From assembly GCA_964487475.1 (NCBI GenBank), contig CAZAPM010000010.1, positions 3,005 to 67,004 of the forward strand: a stretch of 64,000 nucleotides of DNA, read 5' to 3'. The DNA comes from an uncultured Planctomycetales bacterium (GTDB lineage: Bacteria > Omnitrophota > Gorgyraeia > Gygaellales > Profunditerraquicolaceae). Made by a program: the position numbers and the translations under genes. Every line of letters starts with the position of its first letter. Within the stretch, counting starts at the first letter, position 1. The notes under the pieces were generated by a model, which was not told the DNA's origin, ran no database searches, and worked only from the letters and a program-made list of their open reading frames with translations. Below are positions 54,355 to 62,802 of this stretch, piece by piece.

Positions 54355-55016
54355 GGGTTAAAAAGATCATCGCTTTGCTGGACCGCGCGTATCCCGAGGC
54401 GAAGATAGAACTGCGTTACGGCAACTCTCTGGAGCTGCTGATCGCGACCATGCTTTCGGCGCAGTGCACGGATAAGATGGTCAACAAGGTGACGGAAAGG
54501 CTCTTTAAGGAGTACCGTACCGTGAAGGAGTACGCTGGGGCAGATATAGTAAAACTTGAGCAATCCGTGCGCTCCACGGGGTTCTACCATAACAAGGCGA
54601 GGAACGTCAAGGCCATGGCGGCAATGCTTCTGGAGCGCTTCGGAGGACGAGTCCCGGAGCGGATGGAGGACCTGGTGCAGCTGCCCGGGGTGGCCAGGAA
54701 AACCGCGAATATCGTTCTTTTTAACGCCTTCGGCAAGCAGGAAGGGATCGCAGTGGATACCCACGTAAAGAGATTAAGCCAGCGCCTTGGCCTGACCACC
54801 CAGGAAGATACTGACAAAATAGAGCAGGAGTTGATGCGATTGGTCGAAAAAAGGCTTTGGGGGCACTTTACGTACCTATTAATAGAGCATGGAAGGGCGA
54901 TTTGCATCGCCAGGCAGCCAAAATGCCCGGAGTGTGTGATCGGTGAGTGGTGCCCCTCCAAACGGGTATTTTTGCAAAAAGTGCAAAAACCACAAAAAGG
55001 CGCAAAAAATTCTTGA
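54339..55016 (+). CDS. nth: endonuclease III
   Basis: HhH-GPD (LPGVARKTANIV) and Fe-S loop CPECVIGEWC. 225 aa. Confidence 0.88.
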   Translation: MEDSLRVKKIIALLDRAYPEAKIELRYGNSLELLIATMLSAQCTDKMVNKVTERLFKEYRTVKEYAGADIVKLEQSVRSTGFYHNKARNVKAMAAMLLERFGGRVPERMEDLVQLPGVARKTANIVLFNAFGKQEGIAVDTHVKRLSQRLGLTTQEDTDKIEQELMRLVEKRLWGHFTYLLIEHGRAICIARQPKCPECVIGEWCPSKRVFLQKVQKPQKGAKNS

Positions 55017-55045
55017 CAGATAAGGGGTTGTGTGTAAAATGAAAA
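55015..55045 (+). promoter_or_regulatory. sigma70-like promoter (TTGACA-16-TAAAAT, TGTG-extended) upstream of the porin-like gene
   Basis: cTTGACAgataaggggttgtgtgTAAAAT, followed by an AT-rich roughly 190-nt leader. Confidence 0.4.
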
Positions 55046-55230
55046 CGTAGCCTAACCTCCGGCTATACCATTGGAGCTGACTTTAAATCTAGGAAGAAAG
55101 GGGGTGACAAAAACCCAGATCCTGAAGTCAGGAAAATCTCCGATGATATACATATCTGATAAATCCTAGGTTCGTTTAATACCCTAGTTTAGCTTTATAG
55201 AATACGTCTTACAACAGGAGGAATACCCAA

Positions 55231-56526
55231 ATGAGTAAACGCTTGATTTTAGCTGTAGCCTTCGCGTTTGTGGCTGGCGCTGCCATGTCCGCATACGCAG
55301 AGGTTCAGAACGTCAAGGTAAGCGGAGACATCACGGCATTTGGCGTGATGCGCGAGCTTGGTTTTGACAACGATAACAATGACGCCACCAGCAGCCAGGA
55401 CAAGCATCAGTTCATGGCCACCACCACCCGCGTGAAGGTGGATGCTGACCTGACCGACAATGTCATGACCACGGTGCGTCTGATCAACGAGAGATTCTGG
55501 GGCTCCACCTCCACGTCTTCCCAGATCGACCTCGACCTGGCATATGTCACGTTGAAAGAGTTCCTTTATTCACCCGCAACCCTGACCGTCGGCCGCCAGG
55601 AACTGCAGTTCGGCAACCAGATGATCGTGGGTGATGGGGATGCGAACAGCGATTATGGGATTGAAGGCGACCTGAGCAGCCGCTTGGCGTTTGACGCGGT
55701 CCGCTTGACCCTCGCGTACGATCCGATGATCGTGGACGTGATCGCAGCAAAGGTAGTCGAAGGTACCAATAACATCGCTGATGACCAGAACCTTTACGGC
55801 ATCAACGCGAATTATCGTTTGAACGACAAGACCATGCTCGAAGGGTACTGGTTCGAGAAGTACACCGCACCGAAGACCGCAACCCTGTCCAACAACAAGA
55901 CCGACAGAGTCGATACCTTCGGCGTTCGCAGCATGTTGAGCTTGACCGATGCCCTCACCTTGCACGGCGAAGGCGCGGTTCAGGTGGGTAAGGCTGTGGC
56001 TTCCGGCAACACCGCCAAGCGCAGAGCGTATGCGTTTGAAGGCGCCGCACAGTTCGCGCCCAAGGATATGAAATACACGCCCGCATTCACGGCGTTGTAT
56101 TCATATTTCTCCGGTTCCAAGGGCAACGGTGACAAGACCGCCCGTGCATGGGATCCGATGTTCGAGAACCAGGTCTTCGGCGATATCGCTGATGCCCAGT
56201 TCCCGCAGTCGAACGTGCACTTGGCCGGTTTCATCGCCACGGCAAAACCGATGGACGATGTCACCCTCAAGGGCGAGTATTACCTCTATTGGTGGGATAA
56301 GCGGTATGGTTCACTCCAGTCCGTGACCACCCTGAGAGGCGATACCGTCATCATGAAGGACAACAAGTTCGCGGGACAGGAACTCGACATGACCGCGACC
56401 TATGACTACACCGAGGATGTGCAGTTCTCGCTCATGAGCGGGCTGTTCTTCCCCGGGACGTCCTTCTCCGAGAGAACGGACAATGTCGCATCTGAGTTGA
56501 TCGGTACGATGAAGGTGACCTTCTAA
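55231..56526 (+). CDS. outer-membrane beta-barrel protein (porin-like), probably highly expressed
   Basis: Signal peptide. Alternating amphipathic beta-strands. C-terminal MKVTF. Strong RBS AGGAGG. Local GC is lower than its surroundings. Confidence 0.65.
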   Translation: MSKRLILAVAFAFVAGAAMSAYAEVQNVKVSGDITAFGVMRELGFDNDNNDATSSQDKHQFMATTTRVKVDADLTDNVMTTVRLINERFWGSTSTSSQIDLDLAYVTLKEFLYSPATLTVGRQELQFGNQMIVGDGDANSDYGIEGDLSSRLAFDAVRLTLAYDPMIVDVIAAKVVEGTNNIADDQNLYGINANYRLNDKTMLEGYWFEKYTAPKTATLSNNKTDRVDTFGVRSMLSLTDALTLHGEGAVQVGKAVASGNTAKRRAYAFEGAAQFAPKDMKYTPAFTALYSYFSGSKGNGDKTARAWDPMFENQVFGDIADAQFPQSNVHLAGFIATAKPMDDVTLKGEYYLYWWDKRYGSLQSVTTLRGDTVIMKDNKFAGQELDMTATYDYTEDVQFSLMSGLFFPGTSFSERTDNVASELIGTMKVTF

Positions 56527-56546
56527 GTACTGATGAATTGAAACAC

Positions 56547-56586
56547 ACCCCCCGGAGAGGCGACTCTCCGGGGGGATTTTTTTAAC
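56547..56586 (+). terminator. rho-independent terminator after the porin-like gene
   Basis: CCCCCCGGAGAGgcgacTCTCCGGGGGG followed by ATTTTTTT. Confidence 0.8.
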
Positions 56587-56619
56587 CGATTTTCATCCCG
56601 CGCCGGCGATAACGCATAT

Positions 56620-58191
56620 ATGCTCTACCTTTCATTCATATTCCATCAGCACCAGCCGTACTACAAAAACCTCCTGACCAACGAGACCGAGCTTCCCTGG
56701 GTGCGTCTGCACGGCACCAAGGATTATCTCGACATGGTTTTGATGCTCGAGAGGTTCCCCAAGATCAAACAGGTGTTCAACCTTGTGCCGTCCCTCCTGG
56801 AGCAGGTGGAGGATTATCACCGTCATACGGTCAAGGATAAATGGCTTGAGCTTTCCTATAAACCTGCCAAGCAGCTCAACAGCCAGGACCACCATATCAT
56901 CCTCGAAAGGTTCTTCAGCATCAACCGCGAACGGGTGATCTCCACCCATCCGCGTTACTACGAGCTGTACTTCAAGAAGGAATCCGGCCAGCATTTCACG
57001 GACCAGGACTTCCTGGACCTGCAGGTATGGTTCAATTTGGCCTGGATCGACCCGATGTTCCGCCAGAGCAACCCCGTGTTAAAGGCTCTGGTGGAGAAGG
57101 ACCGGGGCTTTACGGAAGAGGAGAAGAAGCAGCTGCTGGACGAGAGCCTCAAGATCCTCGAAGGGATAATTCCGGCTTACAGGAAGTTCCAGGAGCAGGG
57201 GCAGATCGAGGTGATCGTCAACCCCTACTACCATCCCATACTGCCGCTTTTGTACAATACCATGATCGCCAAAGAGGCCAATCTGCATTCCCTGCTTCCC
57301 GAGGAGGGTAAGCACTTTGCGTATCCCCAGGACGCGCAGGCCCAGATCAACGATGCCATTTCCTTCTACCGGGAGCGCTTCGGCATAGCGCCGGCCGGGA
57401 TGTGGCCTTCCGAGCAGTCGGTGTGCGAGCATATCATCCCGTTTTTCCTGCAGGCGGGGCTCAAATGGATCGTGACGGACGAGGGGATGCTCTTCAAATC
57501 CCTGAAGCACAAGAAGCGCTCCACCGACCTCTTGTACCAGCCGCACCTGCTCAAACGCAAGGACGGGGAGATGGCGGTGATCTTCCGGGACCGCAACTTA
57601 TCCGATATGATCGGGTTTCAGTACGCGCAGTGGCAGCCGAAATCCGCGGTGGACGATTTCATGCATCATCTGGAGAATATCGCCGCCACCTATAAAGGCA
57701 AGGATATCCTGGTGGCCGTGGCCATGGACGGGGAGAACGCCTGGGAGTATTTTGCCAATGACGGGCATGATTTCCTGGAGTACCTCTATGAGCGGCTTTC
57801 GGACGCTTCCTTCCTCCAGTGCACGACGATCAGCGAATACTTGAAGAAGTTCCCGCCTGTCCATGAGATCCCGCACATGGCTGCCGGTTCCTGGATCTTC
57901 TCCGATTTCGGGAAGTGGATGGGCAAGCCCCAGAAGGTGAAGGCCTGGGAGTGCCTGGCGCAGGCGCGCAACAAGCTCGCGGAGATCGAGCGCGATCCGG
58001 TGCGTAAGGGAGCGCTCAAGGATGCGTGGCCGCTTATCTGGAAGCAGATGTTCGTGTGCGAGGGCAGCGACTGGTACTGGTGGTACGGTGACGATCAGCC
58101 TGATTTCGACCTCCTTTTCCGGAAACACCTGATCAATTTTTATTCACTTTTGGGCGAAGAAGTCCCGCATTATCTGCATTATCCGCTGTAA
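56620..58191 (+). CDS. glycoside hydrolase family 57 alpha-glucan enzyme (amylase / 4-alpha-glucanotransferase / branching-enzyme type)
   Basis: N-terminal FIFHQHQPYY and HGTKDY are characteristic of GH57. 523 aa. Confidence 0.8.
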   Translation: MLYLSFIFHQHQPYYKNLLTNETELPWVRLHGTKDYLDMVLMLERFPKIKQVFNLVPSLLEQVEDYHRHTVKDKWLELSYKPAKQLNSQDHHIILERFFSINRERVISTHPRYYELYFKKESGQHFTDQDFLDLQVWFNLAWIDPMFRQSNPVLKALVEKDRGFTEEEKKQLLDESLKILEGIIPAYRKFQEQGQIEVIVNPYYHPILPLLYNTMIAKEANLHSLLPEEGKHFAYPQDAQAQINDAISFYRERFGIAPAGMWPSEQSVCEHIIPFFLQAGLKWIVTDEGMLFKSLKHKKRSTDLLYQPHLLKRKDGEMAVIFRDRNLSDMIGFQYAQWQPKSAVDDFMHHLENIAATYKGKDILVAVAMDGENAWEYFANDGHDFLEYLYERLSDASFLQCTTISEYLKKFPPVHEIPHMAAGSWIFSDFGKWMGKPQKVKAWECLAQARNKLAEIERDPVRKGALKDAWPLIWKQMFVCEGSDWYWWYGDDQPDFDLLFRKHLINFYSLLGEEVPHYLHYPL

Positions 58192-58285
58192 ATCCGCCTT
58201 TTTCGCAAAAGGAGCCCCTACTCAATATCTAGTGCCTGGAGCCTCAAAAAACCACTAAGTATGGTTATTTTTTGCTCTAAAGTTA

Positions 58286-58314
58286 TTGACATGAAAATGT
58301 TTTTATGTTATATA
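58286..58314 (+). promoter_or_regulatory. sigma70-like promoter (TTGACA-17-TATATA)
   Basis: TTGACAtgaaaatgtttttatgtTATATA in an AT-rich intergenic region. Confidence 0.5.
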
Positions 58315-58357
58315 AACAATAGGCATCATACTCCACTGGCGCATTCATCTTACCTTT

Positions 58358-58954
58358 TTGCGAGACAATATCTTTATGCAGGCAACCATGGATAAAAAGG
58401 ATATTTACGAGCATCTGGCAAAGATATATCTTGATGCTTCCCTCAAAGGTTCCTCCCGGATCAAGGCACGTAAACCATTCTTTACACCCGCAGTGATCGG
58501 TATCTCCGTTGCGTCAGCGGTGGTGCTGATCCTGTTGTCGCTGTTCTTCTTTTTCCCCAAGTCCCCGCGTAACCTGCAGACGGTACTGGAGATCAACCAG
58601 AACCTGATGCGCATCAATTATAACTTCGATCCCGCCAAGAAGGAGACCATCTCCTTTGCCTTCAACAAGATGGACATGTCCAAATTCAAAGCGGTGGAGT
58701 TCAGGGCCAAGCGGCAGAATTACGCCGACGAAGCGTCTCTGCGTGTGGAGATCTCCAACGGTTTCAAGGAGCGCTCGGAAGTGTACGTGAAGAGCATTCC
58801 CCATGTATGGACGGCGTACCGGTTCCCGCTGCAGGATTTCAAGAGGATCAGCGACTGGTCCGATATGCGCGAGCTGGCGTTTTCCGTCGAGGAATGGAAC
58901 AGCAAAGAGAAAAACGGACTTGTGTTGATCGAGAATGTGAGATTTGTGAGGTAG
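58358..58954 (+). CDS. membrane-anchored hypothetical protein
   Basis: One TM (VIGISVASAVVLILLSLFFFF). No recognised domain. Alternative starts at 58376 or 58388. Confidence 0.45.
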   Translation: MRDNIFMQATMDKKDIYEHLAKIYLDASLKGSSRIKARKPFFTPAVIGISVASAVVLILLSLFFFFPKSPRNLQTVLEINQNLMRINYNFDPAKKETISFAFNKMDMSKFKAVEFRAKRQNYADEASLRVEISNGFKERSEVYVKSIPHVWTAYRFPLQDFKRISDWSDMRELAFSVEEWNSKEKNGLVLIENVRFVR

Positions 58955-59024
58955 GATGTGTTCTGCGGACACCCGCCCTTATCGGATGGGGCGGTGTTCG
59001 CCTACTGCGAAGGAGGGTTTACGT

Positions 59025-60161
59025 ATGCGCATTATTTCGGTCACGAACCAAAAGGGGGGATGCGGCAAAACTACGACCGCGGTGAACCTGGCGGCATGCC
59101 TGGCGGTCAACGAACGAAAGGTGCTGCTCATTGACCTTGACCCTCAAGCGCATGCGACCCTGGGACTGAACATCAAGCATGACCTCTCCATGTATAACGT
59201 GCTCTCGAAGCTCACCAGCCGCAAGGTGCGCCTGCAGGAGATCATCAAGAACGTGGGGGCGAATTTCGACATCGCGCCCTCCAGCATGATCTTAAGCACC
59301 ATGGAGCAGGAGCTCGCCGGAGAGATCAGCCGCGAATCCCGCCTCTGGGAAGTGCTGCAGTCCTTCGAAGCGAAGTACGATTATGTCATCATCGACTGCC
59401 CTCCGAACTTAGGCATCCTTACCATCAATGCCATCCGCGCCTCCTCCGAGGTCATTATTCCCGTCGAGGCGAGCCGTTTCTCCCTGGAGGGCTTGAGCCA
59501 GCTCAACGAGATCATCGGTCTCATCACCGAGCGCCTCAACCATAAAGTGACCACGAACGTGCTGGTGACCAATTTCGATTCCCGGCTGCGTCATTCCTTC
59601 AAGGTGCTGGACCATATCCGCGCCACCTTCAAGAACAAGCTTTTCAGCACCATGGTGCATGTCAACGTCAAGCTCAAGGAAGCCCAGTCCGAAGGCACGC
59701 ACGTGCTCAACTACGACAAGTATTGCCGCGGCGCCAAGGATTACTTCAGCCTTTCCCGCGAGATCATCACGGCCGAATCCGGGCCTAAGGCGGAGAAAGC
59801 AGCCGCGGTCAAGCCGGCGAAAGCGCCTGCGGCCAAGCAGGACAAGATGGCGGCGCTCTCCGACAAGATGAACGAGCTGCTCAAGGAGAACCTGCCGGGC
59901 CTGAACGAGATCGTGCTTTCGATCTATTCTCCCGACGCCAAGGAAGTGCACGTGGCCGGGGATTTCAACAACTGGGCGGTGGACAGCTCCAGCCTGATGG
60001 AGAAGAAGGACGGCACCTGGACCAAGCGGCTGGCCTTAAACGGCGGAAAATACCATTACCGTTTCGTGGTGGACGGAGCCTGGGTGGATGATCCTTCGAA
60101 CCCGCAAAAGGAATTGAATCCTTTTGGGCAGACCGATTCTTTGCTTGAGGTCTCTGCGTAA
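59025..60161 (+). CDS. ParA/MinD-family ATPase fused to a C-terminal CBM48/AMPK-beta-like (glycogen-binding) domain
   Basis: Deviant Walker A NQKGGCGKTTTAVNLAA with ParA body. Ala/Lys linker. Then VHVAGDFNNW...GTW...KYHYRFVVDGAWVDDPSNP, typical of CBM48/AMPK1_CBM. RBS AGGAGGG. Confidence 0.75.
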   Translation: MRIISVTNQKGGCGKTTTAVNLAACLAVNERKVLLIDLDPQAHATLGLNIKHDLSMYNVLSKLTSRKVRLQEIIKNVGANFDIAPSSMILSTMEQELAGEISRESRLWEVLQSFEAKYDYVIIDCPPNLGILTINAIRASSEVIIPVEASRFSLEGLSQLNEIIGLITERLNHKVTTNVLVTNFDSRLRHSFKVLDHIRATFKNKLFSTMVHVNVKLKEAQSEGTHVLNYDKYCRGAKDYFSLSREIITAESGPKAEKAAAVKPAKAPAAKQDKMAALSDKMNELLKENLPGLNEIVLSIYSPDAKEVHVAGDFNNWAVDSSSLMEKKDGTWTKRLALNGGKYHYRFVVDGAWVDDPSNPQKELNPFGQTDSLLEVSA

Positions 60162-60175
60162 GCGTACCGGCTCAG

Positions 60176-60496
60176 ATGACTGAAACGGATACCGAGGTCC
60201 GCGAAGGCAGGTTCTTCGCGATAGTGGCCTATATCAGTTTTTTCTGCATGCTGACGTTCCTGCTGAAGAAAGAGAACAAGTTCGCTCTTTTTCACGCCAA
60301 GCAGGGGCTGGTGCTTTTCGTGCTGGAATCCGCAGCGCTCATACTTTCCATCATCCCGCTCCTGGAATTCCTCCTGCGTACCGTAGGGGCCGCGCTCTTC
60401 ATCGGGTTTTCGGTGTGGGGCATGGTGCAGGCGTGGCGGGGGGCGTATGCCAAAATGCCGCTGGTCTCGAAAGTGGCGGAGGAGATCATACTCTGA
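60176..60496 (+). CDS. DUF4870-like small membrane protein
   Basis: FFAIVAYISFF...LFHAKQGLVLFVLE pattern. Two or three TM segments. Confidence 0.55.
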   Translation: MTETDTEVREGRFFAIVAYISFFCMLTFLLKKENKFALFHAKQGLVLFVLESAALILSIIPLLEFLLRTVGAALFIGFSVWGMVQAWRGAYAKMPLVSKVAEEIIL

Positions 60497-60990
60497 TGCA
60501 GGCGCTTGAGTCGATGAAATCACGGCGCAGCGTGCGCGCGTTCAGCGGGAAGGAAGTGCCCTGGGAGAAGATCGAGGCGCTTCTGGAGTGCGCCAGGTAC
60601 GCGCCCACTGCCCGCAACGTCCAGCCCTGGGAGTTCGTGGTGGTGACCGCGGTTCCTACCCTCAAGAAGCTGGGGGCGATCGCCCAGAACGGGTTCTTCA
60701 TCGCCGAGGCGCCGTGCTGCATCGCGGTCTTCTGTGCGGACACCAAATACTATCTCGAGGACGGATGCGCGGCGACGGTCAATATCCTGACCGCGGCGCA
60801 CGCTTTGGGGCTGGCTGCCTGCTGGGTTGCGGGGGATAAGAAGGAGTATTGCGAGCAGGTGCGGGAGATACTGGCTGCGCCTGCGGGAGTAAAGCTGGTA
60901 AGCCTGATCCCGCTGGGGTATGCGCAGGAGCATCCCGGAGCGCCGGTAAAGCGCCCGCTTAAAGAGATGATACACCAGGAGAAGTGGTAA
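60496..60990 (+). CDS. nitroreductase-family protein
   Basis: SRRSVRAFSGKEVP...ARYAPTARNVQPWEFVVV is the classic nitroreductase N-terminus. Confidence 0.8.
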   Translation: MQALESMKSRRSVRAFSGKEVPWEKIEALLECARYAPTARNVQPWEFVVVTAVPTLKKLGAIAQNGFFIAEAPCCIAVFCADTKYYLEDGCAATVNILTAAHALGLAACWVAGDKKEYCEQVREILAAPAGVKLVSLIPLGYAQEHPGAPVKRPLKEMIHQEKW

Positions 60991-60991
60991 C

Positions 60992-61354
60992 ATGCCTAAA
61001 GCCAAGCCGAAGGCGAAGGCCATTCGTAAAAAAAAGGTCGCGCCGAAGTCCCTGAAGAAGGCAAAGCCCCTGAAATCCCCGAAGGGGACGAAGAGGACGA
61101 AGGAGGCGAAGGCCAAGGAGATCGGGGTCATCGCTCATTACTTCCCCAAGGTCATGGCAGCGGTAGTCAAGCTTAAAGGCCCTTTATCCGTGGGGGATAC
61201 GGTGGCTATCAAGGGCCATACCACGGATTTTACGCAGCAGATCATCTCTATTCAGCTCGACCATGCCTCGTTGCAGTCGGCAAAGAAGGGGCAGGAGATT
61301 GGTTTTCAGGTGGTTTCCCGGGTCCGCCGGGGCGATTCCGTGACCAAGAAGTAA
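60992..61354 (+). CDS. hypothetical protein with Lys-rich histone-H1-like N-terminus
   Basis: MPKAKPKAKAIRKKKVAPKSLKKAKPLKSPKGTKRTKEAKAKE, then a roughly 75-aa globular part. Confidence 0.5.
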   Translation: MPKAKPKAKAIRKKKVAPKSLKKAKPLKSPKGTKRTKEAKAKEIGVIAHYFPKVMAAVVKLKGPLSVGDTVAIKGHTTDFTQQIISIQLDHASLQSAKKGQEIGFQVVSRVRRGDSVTKK

Positions 61355-61394
61355 CGCGCTGGTCAGGCGCGCAGTCATTACACAGGAGGAAGTC

Positions 61395-61580
61395 ATGCGT
61401 CTTTCAGAGATAGAGCAGAAAGCCCGTTCGATAGGTATCAAGGATACCTGGAAATTCTCCAGAAAAGAGCTTATCCGCGAGATCCAGCGCAAGGAGGGCA
61501 ACCCCGTTTGTTTCTCTTCAAACTTGAGTTTTTGCGACCAGTTCGCCTGCAGCTGGCGTGAAGACTGCCTGCACTCGTAA
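61395..61580 (+). CDS. small protein with Rho-N/SAP-like N-terminal helix pair and C-terminal four-Cys cluster
   Basis: LSEIEQKARSIGIKDTWKFSRKELIREI, then CFSSNLSFCDQFACSWREDC. RBS AGGAGGAAG. Confidence 0.45.
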   Translation: MRLSEIEQKARSIGIKDTWKFSRKELIREIQRKEGNPVCFSSNLSFCDQFACSWREDCLHS

Positions 61581-61613
61581 CACGACCTAACCCATTAGCG
61601 AGCAAGAAGTTAT

Positions 61614-61645
61614 CCTTGAATAGGCCGGGGTTTGTGATATACTAC
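61614..61645 (+). promoter_or_regulatory. sigma70-like promoter (TTGAAT-16-TATACT)
   Basis: cTTGAATaggccggggtttgtgaTATACT immediately before the OMP gene. Confidence 0.45.
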
Positions 61646-61650
61646 CCCTT

Positions 61651-62793
61651 ATGAAACCCGGGCTTATAATGAAGCGTTTTATCGCATTGGCGGCGGCAGT
61701 CTGTATCCTGCTGCCCCATCCCGTTTTTTCCTATTCGATCGGGGATGTCGACGTCTCCCTGATCGGTTCGCTTTTCGAGCAGTATACGGATAACATCACT
61801 TCGGCCTCAACGAACGAAAAAGCGGATTTCATCACCGGCACCCGGGTCGGATTGCTCGCCCGCTTTGAGGGCAAGCTGCAGTCCCTTTCCGTAGCCGGTA
61901 ACCTCACGTACCAGGCCTTCGCGAAGCATCATTCCTTCAACAACCTTTCCCAGGACGCCAACGCTTCCTATACCCGGGAATTGAGCCGTTTCGACCGCAT
62001 CGATATTTCGGATTCTTTTGTGCGCTCCGAGGAGCCGACGAGCTTCGAGGACGAGTTCGGCCGCACCAGCGGCCGTTACCGCTATACCCGCAACCGGGCA
62101 ACCCTCGGATATACCCGGGATATCACCAGGCAGTTCTCTCTGCGTTCTTCCTATTCGAACGAGGTCTATTCTTACTCGAGGCAGGACCTTGCGGACACGC
62201 AGCAGCACCGTTTCGGGGTGGAGGGGACGTATGCGCTCAGTTCGCAGGATACCGCGCTGGCCGCGTACGATTATCAGCGTAAAAGTTATGACGGGGGAAG
62301 CCGTTTCAATACGCACCGTGTCTCCGGAGGATGGCGGCATTATTTCAGCGGCACCTTCTTTGCGGAGGGCAGGCTGGGGCAGGACTATATCTCCTCATCC
62401 TTTGACAAGAAGACTTCCCGCCAGAACTATATCTTCGCCTCTTTAAGCAAGGAGATCGATGAGCTCACCCGGGCGGTGATCTCGTTCGTCCGGGAAAGCG
62501 GAGCTACTTCCTCGACGCAGGCGGTGCGAAAATCATGGCAGGCGACCTGCTCGCTGGCCCGGCAGTTGTGGGACAGGGTGGGGGTCAGCGCGTCCGGGTT
62601 CTACGGTGAAGGCAAATATTCCTCCCTTAATATCAAGGACAAGTACCGGGGAGCTTCGGCAGGACTTTCCTATGACCTGACCCAGGATATCCAGGCTTCG
62701 CTGAACTATTCCCATTCGAACCTTTCGTCGAACTCCTCATCCCGGGATTATACGGTCAATACCGTGACCCTGGGGATGCGGTTCACCTTTTAG
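61651..62793 (+). CDS. outer-membrane beta-barrel protein (likely polysaccharide-export associated)
   Basis: Signal peptide. Alternating Tyr/Ser-rich strands. C-terminal MRFTF. Immediately upstream of a polyprenyl-phosphate sugar transferase. Confidence 0.6.
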   Translation: MKPGLIMKRFIALAAAVCILLPHPVFSYSIGDVDVSLIGSLFEQYTDNITSASTNEKADFITGTRVGLLARFEGKLQSLSVAGNLTYQAFAKHHSFNNLSQDANASYTRELSRFDRIDISDSFVRSEEPTSFEDEFGRTSGRYRYTRNRATLGYTRDITRQFSLRSSYSNEVYSYSRQDLADTQQHRFGVEGTYALSSQDTALAAYDYQRKSYDGGSRFNTHRVSGGWRHYFSGTFFAEGRLGQDYISSSFDKKTSRQNYIFASLSKEIDELTRAVISFVRESGATSSTQAVRKSWQATCSLARQLWDRVGVSASGFYGEGKYSSLNIKDKYRGASAGLSYDLTQDIQASLNYSHSNLSSNSSSRDYTVNTVTLGMRFTF

Positions 62794-62802
62794 GCCCCGG
62801 GA

